Shown here: one piece after another, positions 59,733 through 64,000 of the stretch
How positions within the stretch are numbered: the first letter of the stretch is position 1
Layout: each line of letters starts with the position of its first letter
Source of the DNA: Macrostomum hystrix
Taxonomy: Eukaryota; Animalia; Platyhelminthes
NCBI GenBank assembly: GCA_950097015.1
Contig: CATNEN010000014.1
Location: forward strand, 2,108,001-2,172,000
Length of the DNA stretch: 64,000 nt
Reading direction: 5' to 3'
Made by a program: the position numbers and the translations under genes
The notes under the pieces: model-generated
Database searches by the model: none
What the model saw: only the letters and a program-made list of their open reading frames with translations
Told to the model about the DNA's origin: nothing

Positions 59733-62700
59733 ATGTCTGGAATGCACCTGGACTGCAAGATCTACGTCGGCGAGCTGCCGCGGGACGCCAGTGAGCACGA
59801 GCTGGAGCGCGCCTTCAAGGCCTTCGGCCGGGTGCGCAAGGTTTGGATCGCGCGCAACCCGCCCGGCTTCGCCTTCATCGAGATGGACGATCCGCGCGAC
59901 GCCGAAGACGCCGTGCGCGATCTTGACGGCAAAATGCTCTGCGGCGTGCGCGCCCGCGTGGAGATGTCCAGCGGCCGGTCCCGGCCCAACAAGTTCCGCG
60001 AGCGCAGCCGGGAGCGCGGCGGCGGCGGCGGCGGCCCGAGGCGCGGCTTCGATCCGAACGATCGCTGCTTCGACTGCGGCGAGAAGGGCCACTACGCCTA
60101 TAACTGCCCGCGCAAGCGAGGTGGCGCCAGAGGCGGCCGCGGTGGCCGCAGCCGGAGCCGCAGTCGCAGCAATGACCGAGACAGGCGTGGAAGGTGAGGT
60201 GCAGCTGCTGTATGGGTACGGCCTTATGCGCAGTGTATTCTTTATAGATTTTTTCTCTGTTGCTGCTCTTACTGTGTTTAATTAATTAACTGTCAGGTAA
60301 GAATTTTTCCATTCCCGCCACTATTGTCACGAACTACGCAGAGTTGGCTGACCTACGGCACTTCATATTGTCTTCGGAATTATTTCTTTACAGTTCTCAT
60401 GGTCATTGTTCTTGTTTTGCCTAAAATTTTGTGTTCATCCGAATCACTATTACTTTTATGTGCTTCTGTTTCTGTTTCACTTTCAGGTTACAAAACAATT
60501 TTTGCATCAGTCAGTATCCCCAGAACTTGTGTTCCCTCACAACTCCAAATCCTCAGGTGTGTTCCCTCACAACTCCAAATCCTCAGGTGTGTTCCCTCAC
60601 AACTCCAAATCCTCAGGTGTGTTCCGTCACAATCCCAGATCCTCAGGTGTGTTTACTCACTATCCCAGATCCTCGGTGATTCCCGCACAATCCCTAATCC
60701 TCAGGTGTGTTTACTCACTATCCCAGATCCTCGGTGATTCCCGCACAATCCCTAATCCTCAGGTGTGTTTACTCACTATCCCAGATCCTCGGTGATTCCC
60801 GCACAATCCCTAATCCTCAGGTGTGTTTACTCACTATCCCAGATCCTCGGTGATTCCCGCACAATCCCAGATCCTCTGGAGTGTTCCCGCACATGCCCAG
60901 ATCCTCAGGTGTGTTTCCTCACAATCCCAGATCCTCAGGTGTGTTCCCTCACAATCCCAGATCCTCAGGTGTGTTCCCTCACAATCCCAGATCCTCAGGT
61001 GTGTTCCTTCACAATCCCAGATCCTCAGGTGTGTTCCTTCACAATCCCAGATCCTCAGGTGTGTTCCTTCACAATCCCAGATCCTCTGGAGTGTTTCCGC
61101 ACATTCCCAGATCCTCAGGTGATTCCGTCACAATCCCAGATCCTCAGGTGATTCCGTCACAATCCCAGATCTTCAGGTGATTCCGGCTCAATCCCACCAA
61201 TTGTGGATCAGTGCTTTTAACTCGCACAAACCGTGCTGGCACTCGCCGTGAGTGTCAGTTGAACTGTTGCCAATAAGTCTGCTATTTTGCAGCAAGACTT
61301 TCATGGCAGCATTGCCGGCTGTACTAAGTAAGCCCCAGTAAGCTTACGGCTGCATTTTGCCCATCTTCCAGGTGTGAAATTTCACGCTCTGAACAGCATC
61401 TCAACATTTCTTCATCAGCTAGTTCTGCCCCAGCCTGTGTGATGCCGCACAATGACCACCCACATCTTTATCGGCCAGTTGCAGTAGGCTGCTTTGGCTG
61501 AAGCGAGATTCGAACCAGTGGACTTCTTAGTGCCAGCTAGATTGAGTCCGTTGCTATTCGGACAGGTTAACTAGAGTTTATGGAGCTGTTTTACCTGCAG
61601 TGACTAGCTTAGAGGGAGGGCATTATTAGTCATTATATCGGCTCTGAACTCTGTTTCAGTTATGGGAGTCAAATAGTTGGGCTAGTTTATGCTAGGAATA
61701 TACTGCCTCGCCTACTGCATCTCTGCGTTACACTGCCTCGGCAGCAGCAACAGCAGCAACATCCTCCTCAGCAACAACCAGCAGCAGCAGCAGCAGCAGC
61801 GCTTCCCCCCGCTGATACTTCTCCTGCACATTGGGACACTTTTGTGAGAGCAGTTTGAGCAGCCCGCGCGGCGGCCACCGTGCCCTGCACAGCTGAGGGG
61901 TCTCGGCTGCCTGCAGCCATCTGACTGCCGTCTCTGCCTCTGCGCCGCTACCGGTATTGTGAAGTCACGTGCGTGCGTGCAGTGTGTCTGTACAGTGTGT
62001 GTACATGGGTTTTTTGCATGTTCCGTGATCAGAATCCTAGAGGGATTCTAGATCTAGTACTTGACGGCTGAGTCTCTCCGATGCAGAGTCGGTTATTGAT
62101 TTTATTTATTTATTGGAAAGCCGAATTGCTATATGACAGGTTCAGTGCAGTAGTTAACAACTATTTCTAGGTCTTCAGCGACCGTGAAAACTTAGTTTAA
62201 TCAAATAAGTGATGAGCTGATGTGAATCAGCGGCAGTTATTGCAATATCGCATTTTGCTTGTACAGCAAATCTGTTGAAATAGTCATCTAAGTATGCTTG
62301 CTGTATTTAGAATTAGAGCTGAATTTAAATCTGTTAAATGAGTGCGTTGACCATTTAATGTATGCGAATTGCATTTTAGGCGCAGTCCTTCCTACTCGGA
62401 TCGCAGTCGCAGTCGTTCGCCGCCTCCGCGTAGGCGCAGGTGAGTCCTAATCGGAAATAAACTTTTTTGAGCTTAACTGCTGCAGTTTGTTCTAGACATT
62501 TGCACTACGTATAGAAAAAAATAATTACAAGCACCAACCGATATGTATCGAAATTGTTCCCTCACAGTAATGATCCTTCCGCAGGCTACAACAGTGCGAT
62601 GTTGTAGCCTTGTGGTTAGAGCGTCGGACTCACGACTTGAAAGTTCGGGGGTTCGAATCTCGACTCCACTTAACCAATTGTGTCCTTTAGCAAGACACTT

Positions 62701-63134
62701 AACTCTGCATTGCTTCAGTTCACCCAGTTGTTAATTGGGTACCAGCATCAGCTGGGATAATTGAAGGTGGGTGTGGCGTCCAGCCGTACGCAGCCTTCAG
62801 ATGCGCCGCGCAATAGCTGTGGCGGTGCTGTCGGCTGCACATCTGGCCCAATCGGACAGGTGTAATCAATTATTCAATTATTATTCCTTCACAATACCTT
62901 ATAGGTTCCAGTTATCTGCTCACTGGGGACCACAGATACATTTTAGTCAACCGAATCAACCTATATGTGTCGAAATACGTATACGTATACAGTTTAGTTA
63001 GACACCGATATGTATCGAAATACGTATACAGTATAGTCAAAAACCGATACGTATCGAAACATTTAGCGCAAATCGCTATTTAATAACAAAACGAAAATTT
63101 CAGGTCCCGCAGCGGAAGCAGCAACTCCCGCTGA
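59733..63134 (+). CDS. SRSF7: Serine/arginine-rich splicing factor 7 (9G8)-like: RRM, zinc knuckle, RS domain; 3 exons
   Basis: Exons 59733-60193, 62380-62439 and 63104-63134 (phase 2 junctions). KIYVGEL...[30 protein letters not shown]...[14 protein letters not shown]...RSRSRSRS. Confidence 0.92.
60525..61190 (+). repeat. Minisatellite, 30 bp unit (CACAATCCCAGATCCTCAGGTGTGTTCCCT) with higher-order variants, SRSF7 intron 1
   Basis: Tandem 30-bp period. Confidence 0.93.
62598..62885 (+). mobile_element. tRNA-derived SINE family B, SRSF7 intron 2
   Basis: A box TAGCCTTGTGG, B box GGTTCGAATCT, central TGTGTCCTTTAGCAAGACACTTAAC domain, ATT-type tail. Confidence 0.82.
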
Positions 63135-64000
63135 AACGGCAGATCCCATGGAGTCCGTGCGATCTCCTTTAGTGGCCTCCATATTTGGAGACTGATTTGA
63201 AATCGACTTTAAACCGTTTTTGTCGCACTCTCGTCTATAAGTGTGTTTAGTCCTTACAAGCCTCTATAACACTGATATCCGTGTGCCCTGAGTTGCCGCC
63301 TCCCTGTTCGCTTGTTTGTGTTGTTTCTTCTCTTCTCTCAAAAGTTTAATCAAGCAAAAGTGTTGTCGCACGCTTTGGCTGAGTTGTTGATAAATCCCAA
63401 TACTTTTTTGTTCAATCGGCAGGCGAGCCTATTTACCGCTTTATAGAAGTCTGCAAAACTGTATTTATCCCAGCATTCTTATCACATTCTATTCTTATCT
63501 TTGTCTCGCGCACTCTTTAATCGAAATGTTTTAACTATTAGTTATCACTTCTACTACTTTTAGTAAAACTACTGTTGAAATATGAGTAGTATAGTGCGTC
63601 TCAGAAGTGCTTTTCCTTGATATTAATAAAATTAAACAGCAATTTGTTATGGATTAATATCTGCTGCACATGCCCTTAAGACCGCTTTTTAGCAATTGTC
63701 AATCCTTTTTGAAGCAGCAATTCTCTTTTGTTTCTGACTGATGTTTTAACTGCGCGTTCCAAATTCCAAATGCCCCATCCCATTTTCGGCCTTTGAAGTT
63801 AAATCGTAATTGCTGGTCTTATCTAATCTTCAACTTTAGCTAATGCAAAACTAATAACTAAATCACCGAAATGAAAGCTTGTACTAAATTCTGTTGTTAA
63901 ATAAGCCGTGGCACCTACGTACAAAATTGACACCGAAAACTCAAACAGTTTATTGTCAGCAGCCAAGCCTTGATTCGGTTTCTTCATTTTTTGTGTTTGC

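Overview
Eukaryotic genomic DNA with GC-rich exons, AT-rich spacers and introns filled with minisatellites. This architecture, plus a two-domain small heat-shock protein, suggests a free-living flatworm such as Macrostomum (inference). Eleven protein genes can be reconstructed by hand: PDAP1 (+, 728-4324), an intronless ZFP36/TIS11-like tandem CCCH gene (+), a tetraspanin (-), a double alpha-crystallin sHSP ending in CCVQ (+), ALG10 (+), DDX55 (+), a lysosomal phospholipase A2/LCAT-like gene (-), and a co-oriented block containing an FHA-only ORF, PNKP, ATP5S/DMAC2L, an RS-less SRSF7 paralog and SRSF7 (the last block holds five, giving twelve if the FHA-only ORF is counted as a gene). Other elements: five related C/D-box snoRNA-like units in and next to PNKP, two tRNA-derived SINE families, a nest of DNA transposons with TSDs (19.9-25.7 kb), a LINE endonuclease fragment and about 25 tandem arrays. 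Three signals stand out. (1) DDX55 and ATP5S have no in-frame ATG and begin at an in-frame 3' splice acceptor, as expected if the AUG ending the flatworm spliced leader supplies the start codon. (2) Minisatellites abut or supply splice sites; in DDX55 about 35 in-frame, stop-free repeat units each carry an acceptor. (3) The intronic snoRNA-like family. Most long ORFs in the supplied track over repeats are artefacts. All gene models are manual and lack transcript support.
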